This document shows, piece by piece, positions 32,559-43,302 of a stretch of DNA of 64,000 bases; positions within the stretch are counted from its first letter, which is position 1, and the number at the start of each line of letters is the position of its first letter. A program made the translations under genes and the position numbers. The notes below the pieces were generated by a model that saw nothing but the letters and a program-made list of their open reading frames with translations, made no database searches and was not told the origin of the DNA. The stretch lies in IMG/VR virus record IMGVR_UViG_3300029705_000009; one strand, 5' to 3'. This DNA is from a virus. Lineage: Duplodnaviria > Caudoviricetes.

Positions 32559-34051
32559 ACATAAGATTCATCATACTGTGCTTTGTAAAGATGCTCAAAC
32601 AGCAATTTAATGCAGTCCGTCACAATTGAATTTCCTGCCGCACGATAGCCTGCAGTATTAGAGCATCCTACTGCTACACATTTATCCCAATCTTCAAATT
32701 CAAACCCCATCAATTTGAAGCATTCTCTCGGAGTCAATTTACGAATGCGATAAATAGTTTCATTGTATTCTACACCATTTTTTGTTTCCGAGAGTTCATC
32801 GTAAATATTATTTTGATTACTTTCGTCTACAATACAAGGTTGTCTTAATCCGCCGGCCATTGTGTCTAAAGTTGGTGCTAAACCATTTGTGTTCCAAACA
32901 GAACCAGCTTGATGTTTTGTATCGCCATCAAACATGCCTCCAATTCTTTCCGCGCTATCAAGCGTTTCAGACTCTACAACTGCAACCATATCTTGATTGC
33001 CAAATCCTTTCCAATCTCTTGCCATTAATGTATTTGCGGTATCAATTGTTCTAGAATATTCTGTAGCTTGATTTTTTACCAATATAGATTGACGTTCTAG
33101 CTTTAATTGTCCTTTGTCAATTAATTGCTTAATAAGATTTGTAGCACGTTCGGTATTTATGTAGTATTTTTCGTCCACATTCTTTTCTAGGACATCTTTA
33201 AGGCGTATACCAGTATCGAATGGGATGGGAAATGTAAATTTTCCGGCATCAATATCTTTGCGAACACTAAAAGCGAAAACGCGTTCTCTATTTTGGGGTA
33301 CGCCACACGTCTTACTATTGAGTACAGACCAAGGAGTGTTATAACCCAAATACTCCAATCTCTTAATCCAAGCATCAAAATCTGGTTTAAACTGCTTTCC
33401 TACAAGATTCTTTACATTTTCTAAGCAAAGATATTTAGGTGCAGTATTTGTTTCAATTGCTTTGATAAGCAATCTTTCTACTTCAAGCAACAATCCCGAT
33501 CTTGTTCCTTTAATATCATCAGAACCACAATGAGGACAAATATATCTATGTTCTACATCATAATCCATAGGATTGTATTTCTGTCCACAAGCATTACATG
33601 TTGCTGCCAAGCCATCTTGTTTACCGGCCAAACTGAAGCATTGACATGGCGAGCTATAAAACCAACAATCTGCTTCCGGCAACTGCTCAATTCTACTAAT
33701 GTCTCCAAGATTATTCTGAAGAGTCATTGCAAGCCAATACTTCTCAATATCTTTAGTCTTCTTTTTTAAAAGCTTATCCCAATCATACATTTTATCTTTG
33801 TCGAAATCCATACCAATATTGCGAGCTTTTAACTCTTCTACCATCTCTTCTCTATTGGGATAGTTTTCATAATTTTCAACCATCTCATTTGTTAATCCAT
33901 GATGAATTGCCGCGTATTCTACTACAGCTTCTTTATCAATGTCTGATGTTGCAACTACTTCTAAATCATATAATTCAGTATTATCTATTCCTCTTTTTTG
34001 AGCACCAATACCTGAAAATAGCTCAATCATTGTTAGTTTATGTTTAGTCAT
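32510..34051 (-). CDS. C5 DNA cytosine methyltransferase
   Basis: ELFSGIGA (I), SPCQCFS (IV), ENVKNL (VI), PQNRERVF (VIII), RKLTPRE (IX), AGNSIV (X). Confidence 0.95.
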   Translation of the reverse strand: MTKHKLTMIELFSGIGAQKRGIDNTELYDLEVVATSDIDKEAVVEYAAIHHGLTNEMVENYENYPNREEMVEELKARNIGMDFDKDKMYDWDKLLKKKTKDIEKYWLAMTLQNNLGDISRIEQLPEADCWFYSSPCQCFSLAGKQDGLAATCNACGQKYNPMDYDVEHRYICPHCGSDDIKGTRSGLLLEVERLLIKAIETNTAPKYLCLENVKNLVGKQFKPDFDAWIKRLEYLGYNTPWSVLNSKTCGVPQNRERVFAFSVRKDIDAGKFTFPIPFDTGIRLKDVLEKNVDEKYYINTERATNLIKQLIDKGQLKLERQSILVKNQATEYSRTIDTANTLMARDWKGFGNQDMVAVVESETLDSAERIGGMFDGDTKHQAGSVWNTNGLAPTLDTMAGGLRQPCIVDESNQNNIYDELSETKNGVEYNETIYRIRKLTPRECFKLMGFEFEDWDKCVAVGCSNTAGYRAAGNSIVTDCIKLLFEHLYKAQYDESYVCTDEKCVNFTKPEVE

Positions 34052-34102
34052 TTATATCTCTCCATTTAATTTTATTTACTTATCATCAAAAAAAATAACT
34101 AA

Positions 34103-34261
34103 TTACATATACGTACACGCATAGTAGATTACATAGATCCATCCAAGTAATCCATGTAAAATTGCCCAACCGATACTCTCCCACGCTGTCCACGACATAC
34201 ATATAGCCAATGCAGAACCAATCCCAATGCCAGAAGTTACATAAGTCTTTTCTCTACTCAT
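34103..34261 (-). CDS. Small membrane protein (52 aa, below the ORF-track cutoff)
   Basis: MSREKTYVTSGIGIGSALAIYMSW...HGLLGWIYVIYY. Confidence 0.6.
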   Translation of the reverse strand: MSREKTYVTSGIGIGSALAICMSWTAWESIGWAILHGLLGWIYVIYYACTYM

Positions 34262-35035
34262 TTATGCTTCTCCTCTTAAAATCTGTCCTACGAATGTTTT
34301 TAATGGCTCTTTGAGATTCTGTTTGGCCAACCATAAAATATAATCATTTGGCACATTCTTCAGTAAAGTACCAGCATGTTTTCCGAAAGGCATTTCGTAT
34401 GTATTAATATCAGGCAATGCTACATTTACTGGGAAGTTGACTTGGAGTAATTCTTTTAACTCATCAGAAATAATCATATCAATATTATTTCTTGAACTAA
34501 GAATGTCGCATTCGTGAATAAATAGTTCCATATCATTCTTAGGCTCAGGAAGTACCACTTTACTTCTTTTACTGGTAGTCCACTCACCAGAATGAGCTGC
34601 ACACATCTCGGCAATAACTTTTTTTAATTTTGAATCAATATCATGTTCTACTACTGTATTTAAAACCCAATCGTGAGCTAACATTGGATGCTCGTGCACT
34701 GTATGTTGAGATCCATTCGGTCCGCACTTTATGGCATCGTGAAAAATCGGTATACATCTCATACAATCACGAAGAATTGGATCGTTATACTTCTCCTTAT
34801 TGCCTTTAAGGTTTAATCTATAATTCAAAATTTCAGAAAACATATATGCATGATATACTTGCCCATAAACTTCACACTGAGTCTTATTGTGATATTTCCC
34901 AGAAGTGCTACTTGGCATGGTGAATATAATGTCCGGAATTTCTTGTACCATATCTGCGAAGTAATCTCTAACTAAGTCAGTTTCAAAATTTGCCAACATA
35001 GGCTCAAATACATTAAATTTATTTTTGTTCTTCAT
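34262..35035 (-). CDS. HD-domain phosphohydrolase with C-terminal MPFGKH module
   Basis: SSTSGKYH, FHDAIK, HP, AHSG.W, CD; MPFGKHAG...VPNDYILW. Confidence 0.7.
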   Translation of the reverse strand: MKNKNKFNVFEPMLANFETDLVRDYFADMVQEIPDIIFTMPSSTSGKYHNKTQCEVYGQVYHAYMFSEILNYRLNLKGNKEKYNDPILRDCMRCIPIFHDAIKCGPNGSQHTVHEHPMLAHDWVLNTVVEHDIDSKLKKVIAEMCAAHSGEWTTSKRSKVVLPEPKNDMELFIHECDILSSRNNIDMIISDELKELLQVNFPVNVALPDINTYEMPFGKHAGTLLKNVPNDYILWLAKQNLKEPLKTFVGQILRGEA

Positions 35036-35068
35036 TTTTATTCCTCTTGTAATTTTATTTAGTTACGT

Positions 35069-35461
35069 CTATGCTTTATAATTAATTACATGCACTTCTA
35101 ATCCATGCTTCTTTGCTAAATTAATCATATGATTGGTTCCTCTTGATTCCCCATCCCAAAACGCAATTAACATGCCTTCATTGCCATCTTGCACAGAGAA
35201 CTTTGCCATTTCTTCATTTCTTACATATCCAGCACGTTTACCAAGGTTATCCCAATCCGGAATAAATCTTACTATTTCTAGTCCCATATCATCGGCAAAA
35301 CGTTCGCCCAATTTGTCAGCTCCTCTAGCACCACCACTAACAATTGTTGTTAAATCCGGAAAGATAGTTTTATTCGTAATAATTTCAATGGCAGATTTCT
35401 TTAACAACTCATAATCATTAAAATCTCGACTTCCTGCTATAATTACTCTTAACTCTCTCAT
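35069..35461 (-). CDS. SLOG superfamily (YspA/DUF2493-like) protein
   Basis: IIAGSRDF, VSGGARGAD, AGYVRN.EM, AFWDGESRGT. Confidence 0.8.
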   Translation of the reverse strand: MRELRVIIAGSRDFNDYELLKKSAIEIITNKTIFPDLTTIVSGGARGADKLGERFADDMGLEIVRFIPDWDNLGKRAGYVRNEEMAKFSVQDGNEGMLIAFWDGESRGTNHMINLAKKHGLEVHVINYKA

Positions 35462-35475
35462 ATTTCTCCTTTAAT

Positions 35476-36006
35476 TTACCTTAAATAATTCTTCAAATAA
35501 TATTCAAAATATTTCTTTATGAATAAAGCTGAATACTTATTGTCTGGCATAAACATAATTGGAATGTCGTATTTGAACCAAAAACTATGCAATGATGCTA
35601 GGAATGACTTTTTATTATATTGTGTTTGGTAATTTCCAGTCACAACATCAGAGTAATTAGCATTCTCAATCAACAACACTTTTGTCTTTGGAGCAAGACA
35701 AAGTTCTTTTTCAAATCGATCTCGCTCCGAAGTCAAATTACCACTAACTTCTTCTAGACTAGCTTTTCTTTCAATGCAAATTTTCTGATCAAAATACATA
35801 TCTCTTGGAATAGACAAAGCATCATTTTGGGGCAATGCAAAACTGTAGTCTCCGTAATCAAGAGCTTTCTTTTTATACGCAATACCATTCTTGTCAAAAC
35901 TTTCAGTAATGTGATCTGCTTTACGTTCTCTCGTATCTATAAGTATTATCATGCTATTTACTAATTCGTCGAGTTCCCGTTCTGTATACTTAAAACTCTG
36001 TATCAA
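35476..36006 (-). CDS. ERCC4-domain nuclease (possible resolvase); start probably TTG 36006
   Basis: IDTRE, LDYGDYS, IERK, RF.KE, LLIE; GGAGG RBS before TTG. Confidence 0.85.
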   Translation of the reverse strand: MIQSFKYTERELDELVNSMIILIDTRERKADHITESFDKNGIAYKKKALDYGDYSFALPQNDALSIPRDMYFDQKICIERKASLEEVSGNLTSERDRFEKELCLAPKTKVLLIENANYSDVVTGNYQTQYNKKSFLASLHSFWFKYDIPIMFMPDNKYSALFIKKYFEYYLKNYLR

Positions 36007-36685
36007 AATATTTCCTCCATTTATACCCACCAGCCGTATGAGATTCACCTCTAATGACTCTTGCTATATTACCTCTACAGATCCCTGTAATTATTTCGGC
36101 TTCCCATATGCTTTCAAAAGTTTCAACAAATTCATCGTCTAATGTAAATTGTTGTATTTTTATTTTTTTGTTTCTGTTTTCCAATTCAATATTCTTTTCC
36201 TTTTTCATAATGCATATAGTAGTTTTCGAATATATTTTTTCTTGACTAGATTTATAATCTTTATCTATATCCCAAATGTCTGGATTTTCAACTAAATAAT
36301 TATAGTTAGGTAATTGCTCTATTATTTCGACATAGCTTTTAAAATTTAACAATTCTTTAGAAACTGTAACTCCCTTAGCTCCATAAAACTTATATCCAGC
36401 ATGTTTTGGGTTATAGCATCTACCAATCATATTAATCCATCGACTAAAAAGAAAATGTTTAGTTGCATCTTTCATACCTGCGCAAGCAATTCCATAATAC
36501 GTTGGCTTACCCAAGTCTTGAACTTTTCCATTATTTAATTGTTTAATTATGGCACAACACTCATAGCCACTATCAAATTTTATATTTCTTCGCCTATTAC
36601 TATCTGCGTAAGAAATTATAGTGTACCAACTGCCTTGATTATTCTGATATCTTTCTCCAATTAAATATTTTGTTTTTAACGCTAT
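35990..36685 (-). CDS. Homing endonuclease-like protein (HNH-like plus NUMOD1), probable ATA start
   Basis: W.NMIGRCYN...YGAKGVTV, DIDKD, YSK.T; C-terminal FESIWEA...AGGYKW; frame open to ATA 36685 behind GAGGTG. Confidence 0.75.
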   Translation of the reverse strand: MALKTKYLIGERYQNNQGSWYTIISYADSNRRRNIKFDSGYECCAIIKQLNNGKVQDLGKPTYYGIACAGMKDATKHFLFSRWINMIGRCYNPKHAGYKFYGAKGVTVSKELLNFKSYVEIIEQLPNYNYLVENPDIWDIDKDYKSSQEKIYSKTTICIMKKEKNIELENRNKKIKIQQFTLDDEFVETFESIWEAEIITGICRGNIARVIRGESHTAGGYKWRKYFDTEF

Positions 36686-36686
36686 T

Positions 36687-39600
36687 TTATATCACCTCTC
36701 GACATATCCTATAATCAGAGAGCCACCATTCTTTTTCATCAGATTGTACCCACTGACCATTTTCTTTTTTCATTTTGTTCTTTTTGTATTGACGTTCAAC
36801 TTTTATAATGTCTCCACGTTTTACCTGGTTGGCAGCAAATGTCTTTTTATCAATTTTTACAGGGATGGTATTGCCATTTGCCAATGCATACAGTTTGAGC
36901 TTTGGTGAAAAATCAACATTCAAGTCTGTCACTATACAATAACCGGCGTATTTCTTGTCTACTATATCTACATATCCAAGGTTTTCTATTTGATATGCAA
37001 TAATCGTTCTTAAACTTGTCTTTTCATTTGGAATTGCAGATGTTAGTTCGTTTAACAAACCTACACTATCTAAACCAGAAAACATCTTTGGAGTTTCTTT
37101 GGCTGCGTACTTTCTTACAACATCAAAATCCAATCCATCTTCAAACAATTTTTCTTTTTTCATCTGCTTTTTGCCGTAATACTTGTTAAACACATCATTA
37201 CATTTTAATAAATAATTAATGCCTCCAAATTCAGAGAAGAAATTTAGCTTAATAAGGATTTCTAGCTTTCTACTATCAACTCTAAGATTCTGAATTTTTG
37301 CCAATAAATCAATGAATGTATCAAACTTTTCATCTTTAATGGAATACAAATCATTCGCAGCATCATCATTAAGAAACTTTACAGATGCAATACCTTTATA
37401 AATGCCGTTTTCATCGCAAGAATATTTCGCCGTAGAATGCCTAAATTTGATACTATGTATAGGGATTTGTAACTGTTTGGCAAGTTCGGTGCCGGATTTA
37501 ATATCATCCTCATTGTTTGCATTATTCAGATATGCAGTGATAAATTCTCTTGGATAATAATATCTAAGATATCCACATATATAACCAATCATTGAATACC
37601 CAGTAGAATGATTATATCCGAACTGATAGTTTGAACTGTCTTCGATAATTCTTAGGAATTCGTTGGCTTCTTGTACTGCTATTTCTCTCGGTCTGTCTGA
37701 TTTACTGCAATATCCCTCTAGGATACTTGGCAAAGCAGCTTCTAATCTGTCTCTTTGCTTACGACCAATTGCTCGTCTGATATTGTCTGCAGCAGATCCA
37801 CTTAATCCGCAAATATTTGTTAAGAACTTAATGGTATCCTCCTGAAATACAAGGAACCCATTATTAGCACTAAGTAAATCATCAATGATTTCAGATGGAT
37901 TCTTATTAGGTTTATGGTCAAGAAGTTTATCTCTGTAACTTTCTCCAGAAGGACGAATCGATGCATTTACAAGAGACAAGTCGTTTACTCTTCTACAGCC
38001 AAATCTCTTGAGTGAATCATATGCAAATTTACTTTCGAACTGGAAGATTCCAACAGGACTATCAACAATATGATTCCACGCTTCCTTATCTTCCCAATTT
38101 ACTGTGTGAGATTTGGGATATGGAATACGCGCCAACTCACAACAATCCTTTATAATATCTATATTTTTTAATCCAAGAAGGTCATATTTAACTAAAGAAA
38201 CTTCATGAACTTCTTCCATGTTAACACTGATAATCCTCTTGCCATCTTTTGACCAAAACGTACCATAGTTATCTGGAAGTGTAACTGGACTTACAATGAT
38301 TCCTGCTGGATGCATTGATTGAGAAATTGCAGTTCCTACCAAGCCATCAAAGTAATAAAACAACTCTTTATATTGATTTTCCTTTAAATACTTTAAGGAT
38401 TTTTCGGCTTGTGTCTTTTTATTTTCGCACTCTGCTTTTTCTTGAAGTAACTTATCATTCTTTTCAAAATCTCTAGTTGATTCTATCTTCTTAATTTTGT
38501 CTATATTATTTTGAATTGTATCTGTGTACAAAGAATATAATTCTTTAATCTGCTTAACTTCATCTAACGGAATATTTAATGCTCTTCCTATTTCATCAAT
38601 AGTTCCTTTGTCTGAAATAGTGCCAATAGCCAAAATATAAGCTGTCTTATCTTCTCCGAATTTTTCAATAATATGTTCGTATACCAGATGTCGCTGCGAA
38701 GGAGCTATGTCCAAATCAATATCACCAATCTCTTTTCGATCCTCATTGGCGAATCGAGAGAATACTGTGTTCCAAACGATTGGATCAACATCGATTATAT
38801 CTGTCAAATATGCAATAGTAGATCCTCCTACAGATCCTCTACAAAATCCTATAGGAATATTATTCTCCCAACACCAGCACACCAACTCAGACATAAACAA
38901 CATAAAGCCAACCATACCGATTTTTTTGAATACTCTAAGTTCTTCCTGAATATTCTCTTCATATCTTGGATCTGGTTTTATAATTCCCTTATCTAGCTTA
39001 TCCTGGTACATCTTATAAATACGTTGAACAAACACTTCTTCTTCATTATCATATAAAACCGGATACTTGAAGTCTGTATCTAATTCATAATCTGTAACAG
39101 AATCTGCCATTCTATTTGTATTTTCGATGGCTTCTAAAATCACATTTCTGGGAAGTGCACCTTGCTGCCAAAACATATCTACAAGTTCGTCATACGATTT
39201 ATATGTAAGATCAAATTCATCTTCGTTAGAAAATTCTATACGTTTCGCTTTCTGCAAAATACTTCTACACTCGGCCTTATATGTATTAATGCTATGTGTA
39301 TCTGTACCGGCGATAAGTGGTTTACCATATTTCTTAGAAGCTTCATAAAGCATTTGATTATACTTAATCTGGTCTGACGATTTGTGATACTGAATCTCAT
39401 AATAGTCATAAGATTTCAGGAGTTTTTCATAGTTTTCCTTTGCAACATCAATTTCTTTATTTAATAAACTAATTTGTTCGTCACATCGTTTATTAACATT
39501 TTTAATTTCATTTTCAATATACTCACACCATGCCTCATGTGGAGTACACCTCCATGCCCAAGGAACTGAATGGTCATAGTCTGCATTGTCATAAGAATGA

Positions 39601-40145
39601 ATCCACCTATCTTCTTCATTCTTATCTGCCATTCTATTCGATATTAAAACTATTTCATCTTCTCTATCCTTGTTAATTTTATCTATTCTAGAAGCAATAT
39701 CTCCAACACTACTTGGATATTTACTTAAAGGAGAAGCCAAACATGCAGATATTTTTATAACGTTGTCAGATATATTAAAAAACTCTTCAAAAGAGATTCT
39801 GGGCTTATAATACATGTGATCTTCTCTGGTAGAAGCGTCAATTAACAGGTTAATCTCTTTAATACCCTCTTTATTCTTTGCAATAAGAATTGTATGGTAA
39901 TTATCTCTAACCTTGTTTTCGTGTGAATGTGTTAAATAAATCTCAACACCATGCATGTACTTAAGACCTTTTTTATTTGCATACATCTTTTTTTCGATGT
40001 TATTATAAGTATTTCCGTGCTCTGTAAAGCAAATTGCAGTCTGCCCTAACTCGGCGGCTCTATCACAATACAACTTAAAATTAGTACAACTATCTAAAAG
40101 AGAATCTTCTGTATGGAGGTGGTATACAGTATAATTTTTACTCAC
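36687..40145 (-). CDS. dnaE: DNA polymerase III alpha subunit
   Basis: PHP domain HLHT..SLLD, TEHG, TDTH; RGSVGGS, DIDLD, HPAG, KYDLLGL, FQFES, FQE, FGYNHS. Confidence 0.95.
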   Translation of the reverse strand: MSKNYTVYHLHTEDSLLDSCTNFKLYCDRAAELGQTAICFTEHGNTYNNIEKKMYANKKGLKYMHGVEIYLTHSHENKVRDNYHTILIAKNKEGIKEINLLIDASTREDHMYYKPRISFEEFFNISDNVIKISACLASPLSKYPSSVGDIASRIDKINKDREDEIVLISNRMADKNEEDRWIHSYDNADYDHSVPWAWRCTPHEAWCEYIENEIKNVNKRCDEQISLLNKEIDVAKENYEKLLKSYDYYEIQYHKSSDQIKYNQMLYEASKKYGKPLIAGTDTHSINTYKAECRSILQKAKRIEFSNEDEFDLTYKSYDELVDMFWQQGALPRNVILEAIENTNRMADSVTDYELDTDFKYPVLYDNEEEVFVQRIYKMYQDKLDKGIIKPDPRYEENIQEELRVFKKIGMVGFMLFMSELVCWCWENNIPIGFCRGSVGGSTIAYLTDIIDVDPIVWNTVFSRFANEDRKEIGDIDLDIAPSQRHLVYEHIIEKFGEDKTAYILAIGTISDKGTIDEIGRALNIPLDEVKQIKELYSLYTDTIQNNIDKIKKIESTRDFEKNDKLLQEKAECENKKTQAEKSLKYLKENQYKELFYYFDGLVGTAISQSMHPAGIIVSPVTLPDNYGTFWSKDGKRIISVNMEEVHEVSLVKYDLLGLKNIDIIKDCCELARIPYPKSHTVNWEDKEAWNHIVDSPVGIFQFESKFAYDSLKRFGCRRVNDLSLVNASIRPSGESYRDKLLDHKPNKNPSEIIDDLLSANNGFLVFQEDTIKFLTNICGLSGSAADNIRRAIGRKQRDRLEAALPSILEGYCSKSDRPREIAVQEANEFLRIIEDSSNYQFGYNHSTGYSMIGYICGYLRYYYPREFITAYLNNANNEDDIKSGTELAKQLQIPIHSIKFRHSTAKYSCDENGIYKGIASVKFLNDDAANDLYSIKDEKFDTFIDLLAKIQNLRVDSRKLEILIKLNFFSEFGGINYLLKCNDVFNKYYGKKQMKKEKLFEDGLDFDVVRKYAAKETPKMFSGLDSVGLLNELTSAIPNEKTSLRTIIAYQIENLGYVDIVDKKYAGYCIVTDLNVDFSPKLKLYALANGNTIPVKIDKKTFAANQVKRGDIIKVERQYKKNKMKKENGQWVQSDEKEWWLSDYRICREVI

Positions 40146-40156
40146 ATAACCACCTC

Positions 40157-41011
40157 CTAAACGTATGATTCTGTTTCGGGATTGTAGTAACCAGAATTTG
40201 AATCTGTAGCTTTCTTTGTAGGTTGTGGCTTATATTCACAGGCATTTTCACGTTGACCACACAAATAATTGCAGTAATAGTAGTCTGGATTAGGAAACCA
40301 GTTCTCTTCATTCTCAATTAAATGAATAGTGTCTTCTGCCCACTTTATAGCTTCATCATATCCTTCTTGAGTCCAGTCAATCTTTATATGGTTTCTGTCC
40401 TTAAACATATTCCATTCCAGATAATCAACATGACCGTACTCTTCAATCACAGCCTTAGAATATAAGTAAAGCTGTCTCTGAAATTCTAGAAAATGCTTCT
40501 GATCAGATTTGCTAATCTTTCCGCTCTTCAGAATCTTAATAGATGCACTCTTGTGGTCTAAGATAATAATTTTGCCACTTTCTTTCTCCTTTAAAAGCAA
40601 ATCGATATAGCCAATCATTTCGTAATTACCTATCTTGAACTTTACTTCTTTTTCTACGCCAAGAATTTCATAGTTGTCCAAAATCAAATCTATATTGTCG
40701 AGATATTCAAGTCCTTTGTTGTAATAAGATTCTTTGATGTCAACATAATTGTTTGGAGGTGCATCACAAGTAACTTCTAAATGAAAATTGTCCTCATAAT
40801 ATTGAGACAGTTCAAACAGAGTGATCTCCTCTTTTGCATACATCTCCAAAATCTTATGTACAAATGAACCGAACTGTCCGAAAAATCCTTCTAATGATTT
40901 ATTGCATTCTATGTAGTGCAATTTCCATTCATATGCACATTGATAAAAAGAATTTAATCTGCTGAACGACCATTTCATCGTATCTAATAAAAACAATGTT
41001 TCTTCTGTCAT
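40157..41011 (-). CDS. PD-(D/E)XK exonuclease (RecB/Cas4-like)
   Basis: WSFSRL, G..VH..LE, GYIDL, DHKS, QLYLY, C-terminal Cys cluster. Confidence 0.85.
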   Translation of the reverse strand: MTEETLFLLDTMKWSFSRLNSFYQCAYEWKLHYIECNKSLEGFFGQFGSFVHKILEMYAKEEITLFELSQYYEDNFHLEVTCDAPPNNYVDIKESYYNKGLEYLDNIDLILDNYEILGVEKEVKFKIGNYEMIGYIDLLLKEKESGKIIILDHKSASIKILKSGKISKSDQKHFLEFQRQLYLYSKAVIEEYGHVDYLEWNMFKDRNHIKIDWTQEGYDEAIKWAEDTIHLIENEENWFPNPDYYYCNYLCGQRENACEYKPQPTKKATDSNSGYYNPETESYV

Positions 41012-41026
41012 ATAACACCTCCTGGT

Positions 41027-42925
41027 TTATCTATCCGGAAACTCTTCTTTTATTATTGGATAAGGAAGTCTTTCCATATATCTCTTATTATCCCAACCGT
41101 AAATCCTGTCAAACTCTTCGTAATTAGAATAAAATCTTCTATCTATCTGATCGTAATAAACTGGTATCTCTTTTGTTGAACCAAATATACGATCCTTTAT
41201 GACTGAAATAATTACGTCATATCCATAATATTTGTTAGAAGGATTACTCTTTTCGTCTGGTTTAACACGCTTCAAACCGATTGTTCTTGTGGCCAAGTTT
41301 ACAATGTTCTGGCTACCAGCCACATCAAACAATCCGATATCTGTGCCGCCTTGAATCTTACGTGGATGCGCGATGCAGACCACAACCACATCATACTTCA
41401 TAGAAAACTTAATCAGTCTGTTCATAAAATCTGTCTGTGCCTTATTGGTATCTGCACCGTCTGCACGAAGCTGCACAGTCATAAGGTTGTCAATAATGAA
41501 AAGTCTTAATCCTTTTTTAGTGGCACATAACTCCATGCTTTCAAATAGCTTGTCCTCACTATTTTCTTCTTCATCCTTATAAATGAAGAACATGTCATCA
41601 TAATGTTTGGTAATCTCTCCCTTTGCATCTTCGTTTACAATGTAAAAGTCGTTACCATTGCCTAACTTAATGGGATGCATATTTCTTCTTCCGGCAGCTA
41701 CCTGTGTAAACCACCCTTTACTCATTCCGTTCAACAATTCTCTAGAAAACAGAAATGTTTTATATCCACTATCCATAGCTTTTAAAACAACCTGGTTTAA
41801 AAATGTTGTTTTACCAGCACTAGGCAAACCAGTGAGTAGTGTTACTCCACCAGTAAAAATCTTCATTAGTTCTTTATCTAACTCTTCAATACCAACTTCA
41901 AACCCATCCATTTCTGTAGGGTTTAACTCTTTGATTTCAGACAACTTTGCAACAGATGTAATTGGTATATCTTTTGCAGTATTGATAAGTTCTAATAAAA
42001 ATTCTTTGCCTTTAGCCTGAAGAATTTCGTTCGCATCTTTTACCGGAACTACTTTCCCGGTATCCTTAAATTCCAATTCTTTCGGAACTTCTACATATTT
42101 GCATTTCATCGCTCCAAGCCGGTTAATTACTTCATTTCTCATCTTTAACCCAGCTTTATCGCCATCGCTAAAAACAATAATCGAATCAAACTGTTGTAAC
42201 CAATCCCAACAATTCTCAATCCACCCCATTCCCTGGGAGCCTTTTAAAATACTTACAGTGTTTAAATAACCAGCTTCAATAACACTCGCTGCGTCTATCT
42301 GCCCTTCAGTGATAACCAAAGGTTTTGTAGTGTTAATTCTGTTCATGTTCCAAAGAATATCTGCAACATCTGCATCTTTTTGGAACCAGCATTTATTTTC
42401 ATTTGTTTTATATGATTTTCTATAATTAACAACTGTTAACGTATCGTATTGATCATATGTATGAAATGCAATGTTTCCATGTTCATCTGCACGAATATCC
42501 AGATAATCAGCCGTTGCCTTGCTAATGCCGCGAGAACCAAGATACTCATAAACTTTTGTCATGTCATTTTCTCTTGGTTCTTCATGTGGATATTTATATC
42601 TAGGTAATGTTTTTACGTGCTGCTCCGGACAGTTAAAATCCATATCAGCTTTTTTACAGAATATTTTCACGGCATCTACAAATGTGTTGCCTTTTTCCAT
42701 TAAAACATCAATAGCGTCAACAGTTTTGGAGCACCCGAAGCAATGCCACGTAAAATTCTTTTTATTATATATAAAACTTGGTGTGTCCTCTCTGTGATAT
42801 GGACAACATGCTTTAAGATTCTTTTCGTCAAAATTTTCTAAATCAAGCAACTCAGCAATAATAAAAGCATTTTCGTCACCCAATTTTTCCTTGGCTTTTT
42901 CAATCAATTCCTTTTCAACTAGCAA
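41027..42925 (-). CDS. Primase-helicase (CHC2 zinc finger, TOPRIM, SF4 helicase)
   Basis: CCPYH.E..PSF...CFGC, ITEGQID, DGD.AG, KDANE, GLPSAGKT, IDNL, AHPRK. Confidence 0.92.
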   Translation of the reverse strand: MLVEKELIEKAKEKLGDENAFIIAELLDLENFDEKNLKACCPYHREDTPSFIYNKKNFTWHCFGCSKTVDAIDVLMEKGNTFVDAVKIFCKKADMDFNCPEQHVKTLPRYKYPHEEPRENDMTKVYEYLGSRGISKATADYLDIRADEHGNIAFHTYDQYDTLTVVNYRKSYKTNENKCWFQKDADVADILWNMNRINTTKPLVITEGQIDAASVIEAGYLNTVSILKGSQGMGWIENCWDWLQQFDSIIVFSDGDKAGLKMRNEVINRLGAMKCKYVEVPKELEFKDTGKVVPVKDANEILQAKGKEFLLELINTAKDIPITSVAKLSEIKELNPTEMDGFEVGIEELDKELMKIFTGGVTLLTGLPSAGKTTFLNQVVLKAMDSGYKTFLFSRELLNGMSKGWFTQVAAGRRNMHPIKLGNGNDFYIVNEDAKGEITKHYDDMFFIYKDEEENSEDKLFESMELCATKKGLRLFIIDNLMTVQLRADGADTNKAQTDFMNRLIKFSMKYDVVVVCIAHPRKIQGGTDIGLFDVAGSQNIVNLATRTIGLKRVKPDEKSNPSNKYYGYDVIISVIKDRIFGSTKEIPVYYDQIDRRFYSNYEEFDRIYGWDNKRYMERLPYPIIKEEFPDR

Positions 42926-42936
42926 TTTTTCACCGC

Positions 42937-43284
42937 CTATGCCTTAAATTCTTTCTCCCAGAACAACTTTCTAAGTCCATATAAAACGTATACTGGTTTA
43001 TTAGAATAATATCTTCCTGAAGACATTATGTTTTTTAATATAAAATCAACTGGTACTTTGTTCTTAAAAATCAAAGTGTTGATTGTTCTTACTACTGTAG
43101 GATATTGTGTTTTGTCTTCTATATGCTCCATATACAAGTCAACACACTCTTTAATTTTTTGCTTTGTTTCTGCACAATCCCAATGATAATGCTTTTTGTT
43201 AATCACCACGGATTCCGAGGCTTTAACCTTTTCTCCGTGGTGTAAACAATGGTTATATGCGCAGACATATTCTTTATCTGCCAT
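42937..43284 (-). CDS. Hypothetical replication-associated protein
   Basis: C...C/H..C motif; lies between ssb and the primase-helicase. Confidence 0.55.
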   Translation of the reverse strand: MADKEYVCAYNHCLHHGEKVKASESVVINKKHYHWDCAETKQKIKECVDLYMEHIEDKTQYPTVVRTINTLIFKNKVPVDFILKNIMSSGRYYSNKPVYVLYGLRKLFWEKEFKA

Positions 43285-43302
43285 ATGCTAACGTCCTTTC
43301 AT

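Noticed and set aside
36687-40145. Inteins in DnaE (extra segments in the PHP region and around residues 540-590)
   Set aside because: No Cys/Ser-start...His-Asn-end splicing motifs or LAGLIDADG blocks; the segments look like helical insertions
40157-41011. Cas4 as part of a CRISPR system
   Set aside because: It sits in the replication operon with no cas1/cas2 or array; a typical phage PD-(D/E)XK exonuclease
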